The translations under genes and the position numbers were made by a program. Of a stretch of 64,000 bases of DNA, positions 53,959 through 63,999 are shown piece after piece (within the stretch, counting starts at the first letter, position 1; the number at the start of each line of letters is the position of its first letter). The DNA is from Verrucomicrobiota bacterium. Lineage in GTDB: Bacteria; Verrucomicrobiota; Kiritimatiellia; JAAZAB01. The stretch is from assembly GCA_018898455.1 (NCBI GenBank), contig JAHIJO010000014.1, positions 1,560 through 65,559 of the forward strand, written 5' to 3'. The notes beneath the pieces were generated by a model that did no database searches, was not told the DNA's origin, and worked only from the letters and a program-made list of their open reading frames with translations.

Positions 53959-56298
53959 ATGAACACGTTTCTTCTTGGATTGTCTTTGATAATGGGTATT
54001 TTTGCCGGGATCCGGACCCCGGCGCTGACGGCTGATGATCTTTCCGGATCCGGAACTTCGAATGGTTTGTCCTTGTCGATGTCAATCCTCAAGTCTTCCT
54101 CACTTCAGTTGGGCGGCCCGGGATATGCGCCTGTTGCCGGTGATTTCGACGGCGACGGCAAGGCCGATCCCGCTGTGTATAAAACATCAAACGGTACGTG
54201 GCAGGTGCTGTTGTCCGCCAATGGATATGCGCCGGCGTCAACTGTGCTGGGAACAAATGGCTGGCAAGCGGTGGCCGGTGATTTTGATGGCGACGGTAAA
54301 TCCGATCCCGCAATTTATCAAGCGGCAAGTGGGCGATGGAATGTGATGTTGTCGGCCGGCGGATATGCCTTGGCTTCAACTGTATTCGGCGATCTTGGCT
54401 TCCAGGCGATTCCTGGTGATTTCGACGGTGATGGCCAGGCCGACCCGGCCGTCTATTCCCAGTCCAACAGGCTGTGGGCCGTCATGCTGTCCGGTTCCGG
54501 TTATGCCGTTGCCACCGTGACATTCGGCGGTGAGGGTTGTCAGCCTGTCCCCGGCGATTATGACGGCGACCGCAAAACCGATCCGGGTGTGTATGATGAA
54601 TCAAGCGGTAACTGGCAGGCGCTCCTGTCGGCCAGTGGTTATGCGGCGGCCTCCGTTCAATTCAACTGTAGCCCCGGCGCTCTGTCGCCGGGTCAGCCTG
54701 TTCAATCTGATTACGATGGCGATGGTAAAGTGGATCCCGCCGTCTTTGAAACCGCAATCGGCAAGTGGGAAGTGATGCTCTCCAGCATGGGGTATCCCGT
54801 GGCTTCCACGAACTTTGGCTCCGGCGGCATGCCCGTGTCGGCGGACTACGACGGCAACCGGGCGGCGGAATTGGGCGTGTATTACGCCGCCTCTGGTGTC
54901 TGGAGCGTAGCCATCGGCGCTTCCGATGACGGAAGCACCGGCAATACTTACTATGTCGCCCCGACGGGCGATGACAGTCATCCGGGATCCCTGGCCGAGC
55001 CGTGGGCCACGCCGGGATACGGCTCGCGCCGGTTACAGCCCGGCGAGACGTTGATTATCATGGGCGGGATATACAATATCAGCCAATATGACGCCGACGA
55101 TATTGTGCCGCCTTCCGGCGCGCCCGGCGCCTGGGTAACCGTCAGGGGCGAAACCGGGAACCGGCCGGTTCTGCGCGGAAGCGATGGATTGCGCGCGGCT
55201 GTGGATATCGGCGGAAAAAGCTATGTGGCCATCGAGAATCTGGAATTCACCAGTCTGATTGACAGTCCCTATTCGGGTGGGCTGGGGCTGGGGATCGAAG
55301 GGGGCGGTTCCGGGGCCGGCGCGGCGGATATCAGCAATGTTCGAATCAAGGATGTCTATATCCATCATGTGGAAAGCGGGGGAATCAATTTCTCCGGCGA
55401 TATGAATGCCGTGGTCGTCAGCGGCACACGCATCGATCATGCCTGCCTGGGCGGTATCGGCGCGCCGACCTCCTACGGCCGCGGCGGCTGGAGGAACGTG
55501 GTCATTTCCAACTGCTACTTTGGCTATTCAGGCCATTTTTACCAGGGCCAGGAACACGACGACGTTTCGCTCTATGATCGGCCTGACGGGTTCGGGATCG
55601 AGCCGTCGGATGGTCCGATCGAGATTACAGGCACCACAGCGGAACATAATTTCGGCGACGGCCTGGATTCCAAGTCGCGGAACACCACGATCCGCAACTG
55701 CATTGTGGCGAATAATTCCTGTGATGGCGTGAAACTGTGGGGTGGGGGTAGCCAGGTGGAAAACACCTTAATTTATGGCAGGGGCGACGGAAACACGACG
55801 ACCACTCCATGGTCCGCCATCGTCATTGGCACCGAACAGACGAATGCGACGTTTGAAATCGTCAACGTCACGGTAGATGATGAGTTGGGCGGGAACTATC
55901 TCATGTATGTTCAGTATGATAATCCCCAAATCCCGATCTCACTGACGATTCGAAACACAATTTTCAGCAGTCGTGGCGCTAATGCCGGCATCTACCTCGG
56001 CGGCGCCGTCACCGGCGCGCTGGAATATAACCTGTTCTATTTCCCGAATAGCGGCACGGTGCTGGAGCGCGGTTCGACCAGCTATGACAGCGCCCACGTT
56101 GGCGATTTGGGAACGGGCAACCTGTACGGCGATCCGTTGTTCATGGCAACCGGCTTCGGCGCAACCGGCGACTACCATGTGGCGGCGTCGAGTCCGGCTG
56201 TCAAGCACGGGGCCGCGTCCTATGCGCCGGCAACCGACCTGGATGGCCGCTCCCGCCCGCAAACCGGCGCCGGTGACATCGGCTGCTATGAGCAATAA
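53959..56298 (+). CDS. Secreted protein with FG-GAP/VCBS-like repeats and a right-handed beta-helix domain
   Basis: Signal peptide; six [GSA]D[FY]DG[DN] repeats; YYVAPTGDDSHPGSLAEPWAT; C-terminal DLDGRSRP...DIGCYE. Confidence 0.82.
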   Translation: MNTFLLGLSLIMGIFAGIRTPALTADDLSGSGTSNGLSLSMSILKSSSLQLGGPGYAPVAGDFDGDGKADPAVYKTSNGTWQVLLSANGYAPASTVLGTNGWQAVAGDFDGDGKSDPAIYQAASGRWNVMLSAGGYALASTVFGDLGFQAIPGDFDGDGQADPAVYSQSNRLWAVMLSGSGYAVATVTFGGEGCQPVPGDYDGDRKTDPGVYDESSGNWQALLSASGYAAASVQFNCSPGALSPGQPVQSDYDGDGKVDPAVFETAIGKWEVMLSSMGYPVASTNFGSGGMPVSADYDGNRAAELGVYYAASGVWSVAIGASDDGSTGNTYYVAPTGDDSHPGSLAEPWATPGYGSRRLQPGETLIIMGGIYNISQYDADDIVPPSGAPGAWVTVRGETGNRPVLRGSDGLRAAVDIGGKSYVAIENLEFTSLIDSPYSGGLGLGIEGGGSGAGAADISNVRIKDVYIHHVESGGINFSGDMNAVVVSGTRIDHACLGGIGAPTSYGRGGWRNVVISNCYFGYSGHFYQGQEHDDVSLYDRPDGFGIEPSDGPIEITGTTAEHNFGDGLDSKSRNTTIRNCIVANNSCDGVKLWGGGSQVENTLIYGRGDGNTTTTPWSAIVIGTEQTNATFEIVNVTVDDELGGNYLMYVQYDNPQIPISLTIRNTIFSSRGANAGIYLGGAVTGALEYNLFYFPNSGTVLERGSTSYDSAHVGDLGTGNLYGDPLFMATGFGATGDYHVAASSPAVKHGAASYAPATDLDGRSRPQTGAGDIGCYEQ

Positions 56299-56360
56299 AC
56301 TCAAGGATTAGCCATGGTGGCTGATCGTGAGTTGAATTAGGCAGGTGGTTTTCCAAAGTT

Positions 56361-57215
56361 ATGAATATCGCCTTCGGAATCGCGGGTTGGTCGTATCCGG
56401 ACTGGACCGGCACGGTCTATCCTCCCGGGATCAAGGATAAATTGGCCTATGCTGCCCGGTATGTTGATCTGATCGAGATCAACAGCACATTTTACCGTCC
56501 GCCCTCGACGCGCGACAGCGCATCCTGGCTCCAGCGGGTTGGCCCATATCCGGACTTTTATTTCACTGCCAAGCTCCATCAGGATATTACTCATGGCGGC
56601 GCACTGGAGGAAGGCATGGCCGCGCAATTCCATGAAGGGTTTCGGCCGCTGGCAGAAGCCGGCCGCTTGCGCCATCTTCTGGCTCAGTTCAAGTACGACT
56701 TCAACGATACTCCCGGGCATCGGGAGCATCTCCGGCGCATCCGGGACCGGTTCATGAGCTTGGCCCATGTGACCTTGGAACTTCGCCACAAATCCTGGCA
56801 ATTGCCGGAAGCCCTGGCCTTCCTCGAGTCGCTGGAGGTCACCGTAACCAACCTGGATTATCCGCTGTCGCAGACCGCCTTCAGTCTCCAGGAATGCAAC
56901 GTGGGCAACCATCGCTATCTGCGCTTGCACGGACGCAACCGCGCCGCCTGGTTTGACAAGAAGGCAGGGCGAGACGAGACCTATAATTACCTCTATTCTC
57001 GCGCCGAGCTTGAAGATATCGGCCGGCGCGCGGCGGGATTGGCGGCATCGGCCCAGAGCCTGACCGTCGTGGGCAACAATCATTACCAGGGCAAGGAGCT
57101 GGCCAACATCCTGCAATTGAAATCCATGCTGATAAATACCAAAATTCCAGTGCCGCCTCTCTTGATCGGCCATTACCCGGATCTGAAGGATATTGCTTTG
57201 CCGGAAAATGAATGA
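56361..57215 (+). CDS. DUF72 family protein
   Basis: GIAGWSYPDW, EINSTFYRPP, ELRH.SW, YLRLHGRN and YLYS motifs. Confidence 0.92.
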   Translation: MNIAFGIAGWSYPDWTGTVYPPGIKDKLAYAARYVDLIEINSTFYRPPSTRDSASWLQRVGPYPDFYFTAKLHQDITHGGALEEGMAAQFHEGFRPLAEAGRLRHLLAQFKYDFNDTPGHREHLRRIRDRFMSLAHVTLELRHKSWQLPEALAFLESLEVTVTNLDYPLSQTAFSLQECNVGNHRYLRLHGRNRAAWFDKKAGRDETYNYLYSRAELEDIGRRAAGLAASAQSLTVVGNNHYQGKELANILQLKSMLINTKIPVPPLLIGHYPDLKDIALPENE

Positions 57216-57218
57216 AAT

Positions 57219-57677
57219 TCATTTTACGATTACGGTGAAAACATTGGTCCTGGCTGGCGCCACATCTTTCTCCCACGGCCGGACGTATTTCAGCGAAATG
57301 GCGGCCTGCCCCTGTCCGATTGCCTTGAAGATCCACACTTCATGGCCGCCGCCACCGACTCTCAGCATGTCGGTTTGATCCTGAACGTAGCTGTTTGTGA
57401 TCAAGACAGCCACGGTCTCATCCATCGGCTTAGCCAACTGCCAGCCATAGCCGGTCGTGGGATTGGCCGCGATGCTTATGGAAAACTTCCGTCCGGCGGT
57501 AACTCGGATCGGCTCGCCCGGATTCAGGTACTCCTCGATTCTTTCGGCCGCGGAGTTTGCAGCCATGCTCCGGACTGAAGCGCCAGAATTCGTTGCCGTC
57601 AATGTTGGGGTTTCCTGTGCCCCGGTCATCATGACCATGGCCAGGATTATGAGACCGGTGATGAATCGTTGTGTGAT
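57219..57677 (-). CDS. Chagasin-like (family I42) protease inhibitor, secreted
   Basis: ANPTTGYGW, VGGGG and YVRPWE motifs; probable ATC start at 57677 after GGAGG (first ATG at 57638). Confidence 0.85.
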   Translation of the reverse strand: MTQRFITGLIILAMVMMTGAQETPTLTATNSGASVRSMAANSAAERIEEYLNPGEPIRVTAGRKFSISIAANPTTGYGWQLAKPMDETVAVLITNSYVQDQTDMLRVGGGGHEVWIFKAIGQGQAAISLKYVRPWEKDVAPARTNVFTVIVK

Positions 57678-57787
57678 ATTACCCTCCGCTATTCGATTTA
57701 CTCGTCTTGGAAATCAGCCCATGAAAGGATTGTATCGGCCTGCCCAGGCAAAACAAGTCGATAAAAAACCGATGTTGGGTCAACCGG

Positions 57788-59749
57788 TCAAGGAGCTGGA
57801 GGGCCATGCTTACTGCGCCCCTGACCGGAATGGGCACAGACGGGTTCAGCATCCTCCTCCGCCAGCTTTTCCCATTCGGCGACCAGGATGGCCAGGGATT
57901 CGACCACCCCGGTGAGTTCCCGGTTGATGGCCATCGGTTTCCCCGAGCTGTTTTCATAAGTGGCCGGATTTTCAAGTTCGCCGGTCAGCGCCTGCTGACG
58001 CGCTTCCAGGCTTTCAATCTCCGCTTCCAGCTTGGCCAGTTTCCGCTGATGTTCCCGTAACGCCTTGGCCCGTGTTTGCCGGGTTACCGCCTCCATTCGG
58101 CGTTGGGTTTTCCGGGAGGGTGTGTTTGGCTTCGGGCGGCTGTCGGTAAGTGTTTTGCCGGCTCTCAGTAAGACGTTGGCGGTCTGGGCCCTGGTCCGTT
58201 CCAGGTAATAATCGTAATTGCCGGCATAGGGCGTGAGCTGACCGGCCTGAATATGCAGGACCGTCGTGGCGATGGCGCGGATGAAATAGACGTCATGGCT
58301 GATGAAGATCAGCGTGCCGTTATATTGTTTCAAGGCCTCGATCAGGGCGTCGATGCTCGCCATGTCGAGGTGGGTTGTCGGCTCGTCCATCAGCAGGCAA
58401 TTGGGAGGATTGAGAAGCATTTTGACCAGGGCAAGCCGGCTTTTTTCGCCGCCGCTCAGGACGCTGACGCGCTTGAAGGCGTCATCCCCCGGGAACAAGA
58501 ACGATCCCAGCACGGTGCGCGCCTTTTGTTCGGCGAGGGGATGGGGCGTGTCAAGCGCCTCCTCCAGAACCGTCCGTCCCGCCTTCAACATGTCGATGCG
58601 ATGCTGGGCGTAGTAGCCCAAGCGGACATGCAATCCGAGTTCGCGGGCGCCGGCCTGGAATGGAATTGCGCCGGCAAGCAGTTTCAACAAGGTGGATTTG
58701 CCGGATCCGTTCGGGCCGACGAGGACGGTGCGCTGGCCCCGTTCTACGGTATAATTCAGGTCGCGATAAACCTCCACGGAACCATAGGCCTGATCAATAT
58801 GGTTCAAGGTGATGACCTTCTGCCCGGTCCGCGGCGGCTGGGGCCATTGAAAATGGATTATACGGGTAGCCGCCGCCGGCGCCTCGATGATGTCCATGCG
58901 TTCGATCTGCTTGAGTTTGCTCTGCGCCTGGGCAGCTTTGCTGGCTTTGGCGCGGAACCGGTCGGCAAAGTGCTGAAGCGACTGGATTTGCCTTTGCTGG
59001 TTCTTGTAGGCTGCCAGATGTTGTTCTTCACGGGCGGCTCGCTGGGACAAATAGACGTCGTAATTGCCCCGGTAATGGATGATGGCGGTCCGGTTGATTT
59101 CAAGAATATCGCCGACCAGCTGATTGAGAAATTCCCGGTCATGGGAAATCAGCAGAATGGCGCCTGAATAGGCGCGCAGGTAGTCCTGGAGCCAGATCAG
59201 CGATTCGATATCCATGTGGTTGGTCGGCTCGTCCAGCAGGAGCAGGTCCGGCGCCTGCACGAGCAATCGCGCGAGGTGGGCGCGCATAATCCAGCCGCCG
59301 CTGAGCGAACGCGTCAGCCGGTTAAAATCGGATTGCCGGAACGCCAGTCCTGCCAGGATGCGCCGGGCCTTGGGCTCCAATTCATATAGCCGTAACTCAT
59401 CCAGCTGTGCCTGGGCCCACTGGTGCGATTCGGAGTCCGTGGGGTTAGAGCGCAGGTTATGGCGCAGCGCCGTGATTTCCGGGGAGACAGCCGTGGCCAG
59501 TTCCAGCACCGTTTCGTCGCCGCTGGGCGCAATTTCCTGGGGAAGATAGCCAATCCGGCTTCCATTCCGGAACGCGATCTTGCCGGCATCAGGTTCCAGA
59601 TCGCCCAGGATCAGGCGGAACAGGGTGGATTTTCCCGAGCCATTGGGGCCCACCAGACCGATCCGGTCGGATCGGTTCACGTGAAATGACGCCGCCCGGA
59701 ACAGGACCCGGTCGCTGAATGATTTGCTTAGTTGTGAAACCGTGAGCAT
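57788..59749 (-). CDS. ABC-F family ATP-binding protein
   Basis: Two GPNGSGKST Walker A motifs, LSGGW/LSGGE, LDEPTNH, no TM segments, C-terminal coiled coil. Confidence 0.95.
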   Translation of the reverse strand: MLTVSQLSKSFSDRVLFRAASFHVNRSDRIGLVGPNGSGKSTLFRLILGDLEPDAGKIAFRNGSRIGYLPQEIAPSGDETVLELATAVSPEITALRHNLRSNPTDSESHQWAQAQLDELRLYELEPKARRILAGLAFRQSDFNRLTRSLSGGWIMRAHLARLLVQAPDLLLLDEPTNHMDIESLIWLQDYLRAYSGAILLISHDREFLNQLVGDILEINRTAIIHYRGNYDVYLSQRAAREEQHLAAYKNQQRQIQSLQHFADRFRAKASKAAQAQSKLKQIERMDIIEAPAAATRIIHFQWPQPPRTGQKVITLNHIDQAYGSVEVYRDLNYTVERGQRTVLVGPNGSGKSTLLKLLAGAIPFQAGARELGLHVRLGYYAQHRIDMLKAGRTVLEEALDTPHPLAEQKARTVLGSFLFPGDDAFKRVSVLSGGEKSRLALVKMLLNPPNCLLMDEPTTHLDMASIDALIEALKQYNGTLIFISHDVYFIRAIATTVLHIQAGQLTPYAGNYDYYLERTRAQTANVLLRAGKTLTDSRPKPNTPSRKTQRRMEAVTRQTRAKALREHQRKLAKLEAEIESLEARQQALTGELENPATYENSSGKPMAINRELTGVVESLAILVAEWEKLAEEDAEPVCAHSGQGRSKHGPPAP

Positions 59750-59758
59750 CGTTTGTTA

Positions 59759-59816
59759 TTCAAATCCAGTGCGGCGCTTTAATCGGTCCTGGTTGGGTTC
59801 GATTCCCACTCGCTCT
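59759..59816 (+). pseudogene. 3' fragment of a tRNA-Sec (selC)-like gene
   Basis: TTCAAATCCAGT (UCA anticodon loop and 3' stem), long variable region, T-arm TGGG-TTCGATT-CCCA; no 5' half and no CCA. Confidence 0.6.
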
Positions 59817-61329
59817 ATAAAACCGGCATCAGCAGGTGGCAGAAATTCTCCAGCAGGCGGTGAAAGGCCGGTCGGGTCTGCCAAGTCGGCAGGTTAATTT
59901 CACGGCTCTGGGCAATGTCGGCCAGCACGATACGCTTAAGGGCATTGACGGATTCGGTGTCGAAAACCAGCAGGTTGGTTTCATAATTCAGGCGCAGACT
60001 GCGCACATCCACGTTGGCGCTTCCAACCAGCGCCAGCTTGTCGTCCATGATTAACGCCTTGGCATGCATAAACGGCGGCTGCCGCTCGAAAATCCGGATG
60101 CCGGCGGCCAGCATTTCCTCGTAGAGCGCTTTCCCGGCCAGGCCGGCGTAAAAATGATTGTTATCTTCGGGAACCACGAGGCGGACATCCACGCCCCGCG
60201 ATGCGGCTGTGCGGAACGCATGCAAAATGTCCTGAGGCGGCACAAAGTAGGGGGTCACCACCAGCAGTTGTTTCCGGGCTGAGACCAGGCATTCGAATAA
60301 TACATCGGCAATGTTTTCCATTTCATCGGGCGTGGGGCCGCTGTTGACCAGCCGGGCCTGCGCCGATCCCATCGCCGGCACGTGCGGAAAATGCGTTTTC
60401 TGGAGCAGGATTTCCGGGTCTTCATCCGTCATGAAATACCAGTCGCGCAGAAAGGAGTATTGCAGTTCCTGGACAATGGGACCCTGGACGGCAAAATGAT
60501 AGTCGCGGATTGCCGGTCGGCCGGGCTGGGTCACGTTCTCGCTGTGGAGATTGATTCCGCCGAAAAAGGCTTCCTGTCCGTCAACCACGAGAATTTTTCG
60601 ATGGTTTCTCAAGTTAATCTGGAATTGGCGCTTGAATGCATTGGCCTGTGTCCAGCCGCAGATATGCAGATTGGGCACATGCCGGTAACAGGAAAAGAGC
60701 CGGCTGATGACGGCGCCGGTGGATCCGAACTGGTCATAGAGAACCCGCACCGTGATGCCGTCCCGGGCTTTTTGGGCCAGTAAGTCGAGGAATTCCCGGC
60801 CGACGGCATCGTTGCGGATAATGAAGGATTGCAGGTGCACGTGATGCCGGGCCCGCCGGATGGCCTCAAGCATGGAGGGGTAGGCCTCATCGCCATCCAC
60901 CAGTGGGCGGATCCGGTTGCCGCCCAGGAGCGGATGGTTTGGCAAGAGATGATCCATGGCGCCATTAATTTCCCGCGCATCGGGATCGTCGGGTTCCGCG
61001 GCGAGCGCTTCATGCACGGCCTGCCAGTAGACCATGGGCAATGCTTCATCTTCCCTTGCCTGGCGCTCAGCGAGAAACTCACTGTCGGCGCGTTGTTTGC
61101 GCCACGCCTTGCGGGGCATCCGGTTAATGCCGAAGATGAAATACAACCCGGCGCCGATCAGAGGAAAAGACCAGGCCATGAAGATCCACAGGAGCGCGGA
61201 GGTTGACTCCCGCCGGGTTCTCAGGCAATGAAGGCTGACGAGCAGAAAAAGCATGAGATGCAGAGCCAGGTCCAGCCAGAGCCACGGCGAAACTGCCGCC
61301 ACTAAAACTGTGTTCGGGTCGGTCATCAT
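59815..61329 (-). CDS. cls: Cardiolipin synthase
   Basis: N-terminal TM helices; two HKD motifs (NHRKILVVDG, HAKALIMD); RSLRLNYE. Confidence 0.93.
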   Translation of the reverse strand: MMTDPNTVLVAAVSPWLWLDLALHLMLFLLVSLHCLRTRRESTSALLWIFMAWSFPLIGAGLYFIFGINRMPRKAWRKQRADSEFLAERQAREDEALPMVYWQAVHEALAAEPDDPDAREINGAMDHLLPNHPLLGGNRIRPLVDGDEAYPSMLEAIRRARHHVHLQSFIIRNDAVGREFLDLLAQKARDGITVRVLYDQFGSTGAVISRLFSCYRHVPNLHICGWTQANAFKRQFQINLRNHRKILVVDGQEAFFGGINLHSENVTQPGRPAIRDYHFAVQGPIVQELQYSFLRDWYFMTDEDPEILLQKTHFPHVPAMGSAQARLVNSGPTPDEMENIADVLFECLVSARKQLLVVTPYFVPPQDILHAFRTAASRGVDVRLVVPEDNNHFYAGLAGKALYEEMLAAGIRIFERQPPFMHAKALIMDDKLALVGSANVDVRSLRLNYETNLLVFDTESVNALKRIVLADIAQSREINLPTWQTRPAFHRLLENFCHLLMPVL

Positions 61330-61416
61330 CGGGCCTTATTTATGACGTCCTTCGGCGTGGTTGTCAACCTTGTTTACAGCTTGATTCCGGGATGCTCTTG
61401 TCCTATTTTGCAGACC

Positions 61417-62421
61417 ATGACCTCGACCATCCATACGCTGTGTGTGTTAAACCCGACCGCCGGGAACGGCGAACCGCTTCAGCGCTGGCCCCGGGTCGCC
61501 TCCTTGATGGAGTCGTTCGGTATAACCTGCGATCTGTTGTCGCGCTATGAGGAATCGCCCGGCGCCCAGGTTGTCCGCCGGCTGGAACAGGAAGGTGCGG
61601 GTCGGTATGCGGCCATTGTCGGGGTGGGCGGGGACGGCACCCATTCGAATGTCATGAACGCGCTCATGGCCTTCCGGTCGTCCCGGCCGGAGATCACATT
61701 GCCGCCGTACGCCATGATCCCGATGGGCACCGGAAACTCCATCGCCAAATCTTTCGGCTTGGATTCGCACGAGGATATTTTTACCAGCGATCTGCGCCGC
61801 GCGGTGGCGACCATCCGCTATGGCGCCGATTACCTCATGGACCTCGGACGGCTGGATCAGGCCTGGTTTGTGAACGCCTTAACGATTGGACTGGATTCCA
61901 GCATTCTCCGGGAACACAATCGCCGCAAGGAGGAGATGTCAAAAGTGCCCCTGTTGCGCCGCCTGATCAGGGGTAACCTGCTGTACACCTGGTGCGCGGG
62001 CGTCCGGTTGTGGCGTCAGCGCCTGATCGAAGCGCAGATCGATGTGGACGGCAATCCCTGGTATTCCGGAACGGTCGTCAACCTGGTCATCAACAACACG
62101 CGTGTTTATGCCGGTGAATTCGTGCTTTGCCCGGATGCCTTTGCCAACGATGGCCTGCTGGAAGTCGTGGTGATCGCGGGGCATACCGACTACCTGAAAA
62201 AATACTTATTGTCGTTCCGCACCCATCCCCGCCAGATCCGGACCATGCCGGAACGCTTCCGGCGGGAGTCCGCCATGAAACAAGGGAAACGGATTGAGGT
62301 GCGCCTGTCACGACCGGAGCCGGCCCAGTTCGACGGCGAGGAACTGCCCGCCAGTGTTCGGTTTGAAGTGGAGGTGGCCCCCCGCGCCCTGCGCATCAAA
62401 ATCCCCGCCGAACCGGTGTAG
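61417..62421 (+). CDS. Diacylglycerol/lipid kinase family protein
   Basis: NPTAG, VGGDGT, IPMGTGN and QFDGE motifs. Confidence 0.88.
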   Translation: MTSTIHTLCVLNPTAGNGEPLQRWPRVASLMESFGITCDLLSRYEESPGAQVVRRLEQEGAGRYAAIVGVGGDGTHSNVMNALMAFRSSRPEITLPPYAMIPMGTGNSIAKSFGLDSHEDIFTSDLRRAVATIRYGADYLMDLGRLDQAWFVNALTIGLDSSILREHNRRKEEMSKVPLLRRLIRGNLLYTWCAGVRLWRQRLIEAQIDVDGNPWYSGTVVNLVINNTRVYAGEFVLCPDAFANDGLLEVVVIAGHTDYLKKYLLSFRTHPRQIRTMPERFRRESAMKQGKRIEVRLSRPEPAQFDGEELPASVRFEVEVAPRALRIKIPAEPV

Positions 62422-62432
62422 CCTGGTGGAAG

Positions 62433-62680
62433 ATTCACCACGGAGGCACGGAGAGGAAAATAGAAGAGGAGATTCAATCAAATCCTAGATTGACGGGGCT
62501 CCAATCCCAGATTTGATGGAACAGTCTGTATTGGGAAGGAAGTCAAAAAGTTTTTATAGAACCATTCAGAGAATTCTAAATATCAACAGCGAGTAAACGG
62601 ACGCACCGGTTGGCCGGGGCGTCCGTTTGCGAGTCTCGGTGTCATGTATATTTCGTGTCCTCCGTGCCTCCGTGGTAAAT
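62433..62680. repeat. Gene-less periodic inverted-repeat pair (CACGGAG unit) between convergent genes
   Basis: ATTCACCACGGAGGCACGGAG (62433-62453) / CTCCGTGCCTCCGTGGTAAAT (62660-62680), 20/21; internal hairpin at about 62593-62630. Confidence 0.75.
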
Positions 62681-62747
62681 ACTTGCCGATCTACCCGTAG
62701 CTTCTGGTAAGGAACCGGAAAAAGTTGTCCGGCGGTTGCCTAATGGT

Positions 62748-63857
62748 TCATTCCTCGCGTACACCGAACACCGTGATTTCCCGCCGATCGTGGTAAAGCT
62801 GGCGCATCTGGAAGCGCAGGCCGGGAATTCGACGCAGGTAATCTTCAATGGGTTTTAAAACGGGGTAGGGATGCTGTTGCGGCAGTTTGACGTTGAATAC
62901 AAAGCGGCGGGTCAGGGGTTCCTCCAGCCATTTACGGATCATTCCCAGGGTCTTTCCCGGCGGGATCAGCATGTCGCTGACCAGCCAGTCAACCGGTGGT
63001 TGGTCTGCAGGCGGCCGGAACGAAATGCCGTTTTCCCGCAGATGAACAAGCCGGCCGCCTGCATCGCCGTGCGATTTTAACTTCATCGGACCATGATCGA
63101 CGGCCAGCACCTGACAGCCCCGCTTGAGGAACGCATAGCTCCAGCCGCCCGGCGCGGCGCCAAGGTCCACCACGCGTTGCCGGGACTTTGGCATCTGGCC
63201 CATCCGTTCAAAGACTTCTTCGATTTTCAAATAGGAACGTGACGGCGCCTGGGGATCAAAGTGCATGCGATGGATGCCCCCGGGACAGGGGTCCGTCAAC
63301 TGGGAGAGCGGCATAACCGATCCCCAAAGTCCCTGCGGCGCCAGGCACAACTGCAGGACGAGCAGGGGGGGCTGTGTCGCGGCCCGTTCGGGCGGGCGAT
63401 ACCGTTTAACAACAACCGTAAAGCGTTGGGCACAGAACTCCAGGAAAATATCCCGCAAATTCGCGGCGCGCCGCGTCAGCGGCTGATCGCTGTCGGGGTT
63501 GGCCGCGAAGGTATGCAGGCTCCAGGGCAGGTGGCTTCGGGAAATATCGGGAAGAAGCCGGACGGCAATCTCGCGGGCCAGGCGCTTCAGCGGCAGATTC
63601 TCCAACCAGACGGCCTGATTCAGTCTCTGCCTTTCGAAGATGAAAGCGGAGGGTAAGGTGTCCGTCACGGGCCGGGTGGTTCCGCTGATCTTAACCAGTC
63701 CCTGGCCGGCTTCGACGGTGAGTCGGGTGGTTGTGTCCCGCTGTTGTGCGTTGAGTTTGGCGCGGACCTCTTCCAGAAGAGCCTGTTCGAAGGTTTCCCG
63801 GCAGAGCAGGATCAGCGGTCTTGTTGCGGTGATAGGGGAAGTTATCATGGGATTCAT
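62748..63857 (-). CDS. rlmM: 23S rRNA C2498 2'-O-methyltransferase RlmM-like
   Basis: APSRSYLKIEE, VDLGAAPGGWS, WLVSDM, FNVKLP and QLYHDRREIT motifs. Confidence 0.75.
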   Translation of the reverse strand: MNPMITSPITATRPLILLCRETFEQALLEEVRAKLNAQQRDTTTRLTVEAGQGLVKISGTTRPVTDTLPSAFIFERQRLNQAVWLENLPLKRLAREIAVRLLPDISRSHLPWSLHTFAANPDSDQPLTRRAANLRDIFLEFCAQRFTVVVKRYRPPERAATQPPLLVLQLCLAPQGLWGSVMPLSQLTDPCPGGIHRMHFDPQAPSRSYLKIEEVFERMGQMPKSRQRVVDLGAAPGGWSYAFLKRGCQVLAVDHGPMKLKSHGDAGGRLVHLRENGISFRPPADQPPVDWLVSDMLIPPGKTLGMIRKWLEEPLTRRFVFNVKLPQQHPYPVLKPIEDYLRRIPGLRFQMRQLYHDRREITVFGVREE

Positions 63858-63969
63858 GGGTCAACATGATTCATGCCGCCGGACTTGTCAACGCCAAAAG
63901 CCGCGGAGGCCGCGATTCTCAGTAATGCGTTATTGGAGGGCAAACTGGTTGTATGGTATCCAGTTTTTC

Positions 63970-63999
63970 CAGTTGTAGGGGCTGTTCGATAGAACGGCA
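63970..63999. repeat. GTAG-type REP, left arm (cut by the window end)
   Basis: CAGTTGTAGGGGCTGTTCGATAGAACGGCA, 27/30 identical to 17138-17167. Confidence 0.7.

Noticed and set aside
54125-54910. Regularly spaced GGTGATTT[CT]GACGG repeats as a possible CRISPR array
   Set aside because: They are degenerate codons of in-frame FG-GAP-like protein repeats; there are no identical repeats and no cas genes.
59759-59816. Functional tRNA gene
   Set aside because: The D-arm and 5' acceptor strand are absent (that position is the ABC-F coding start on the other strand), and there is no CCA.
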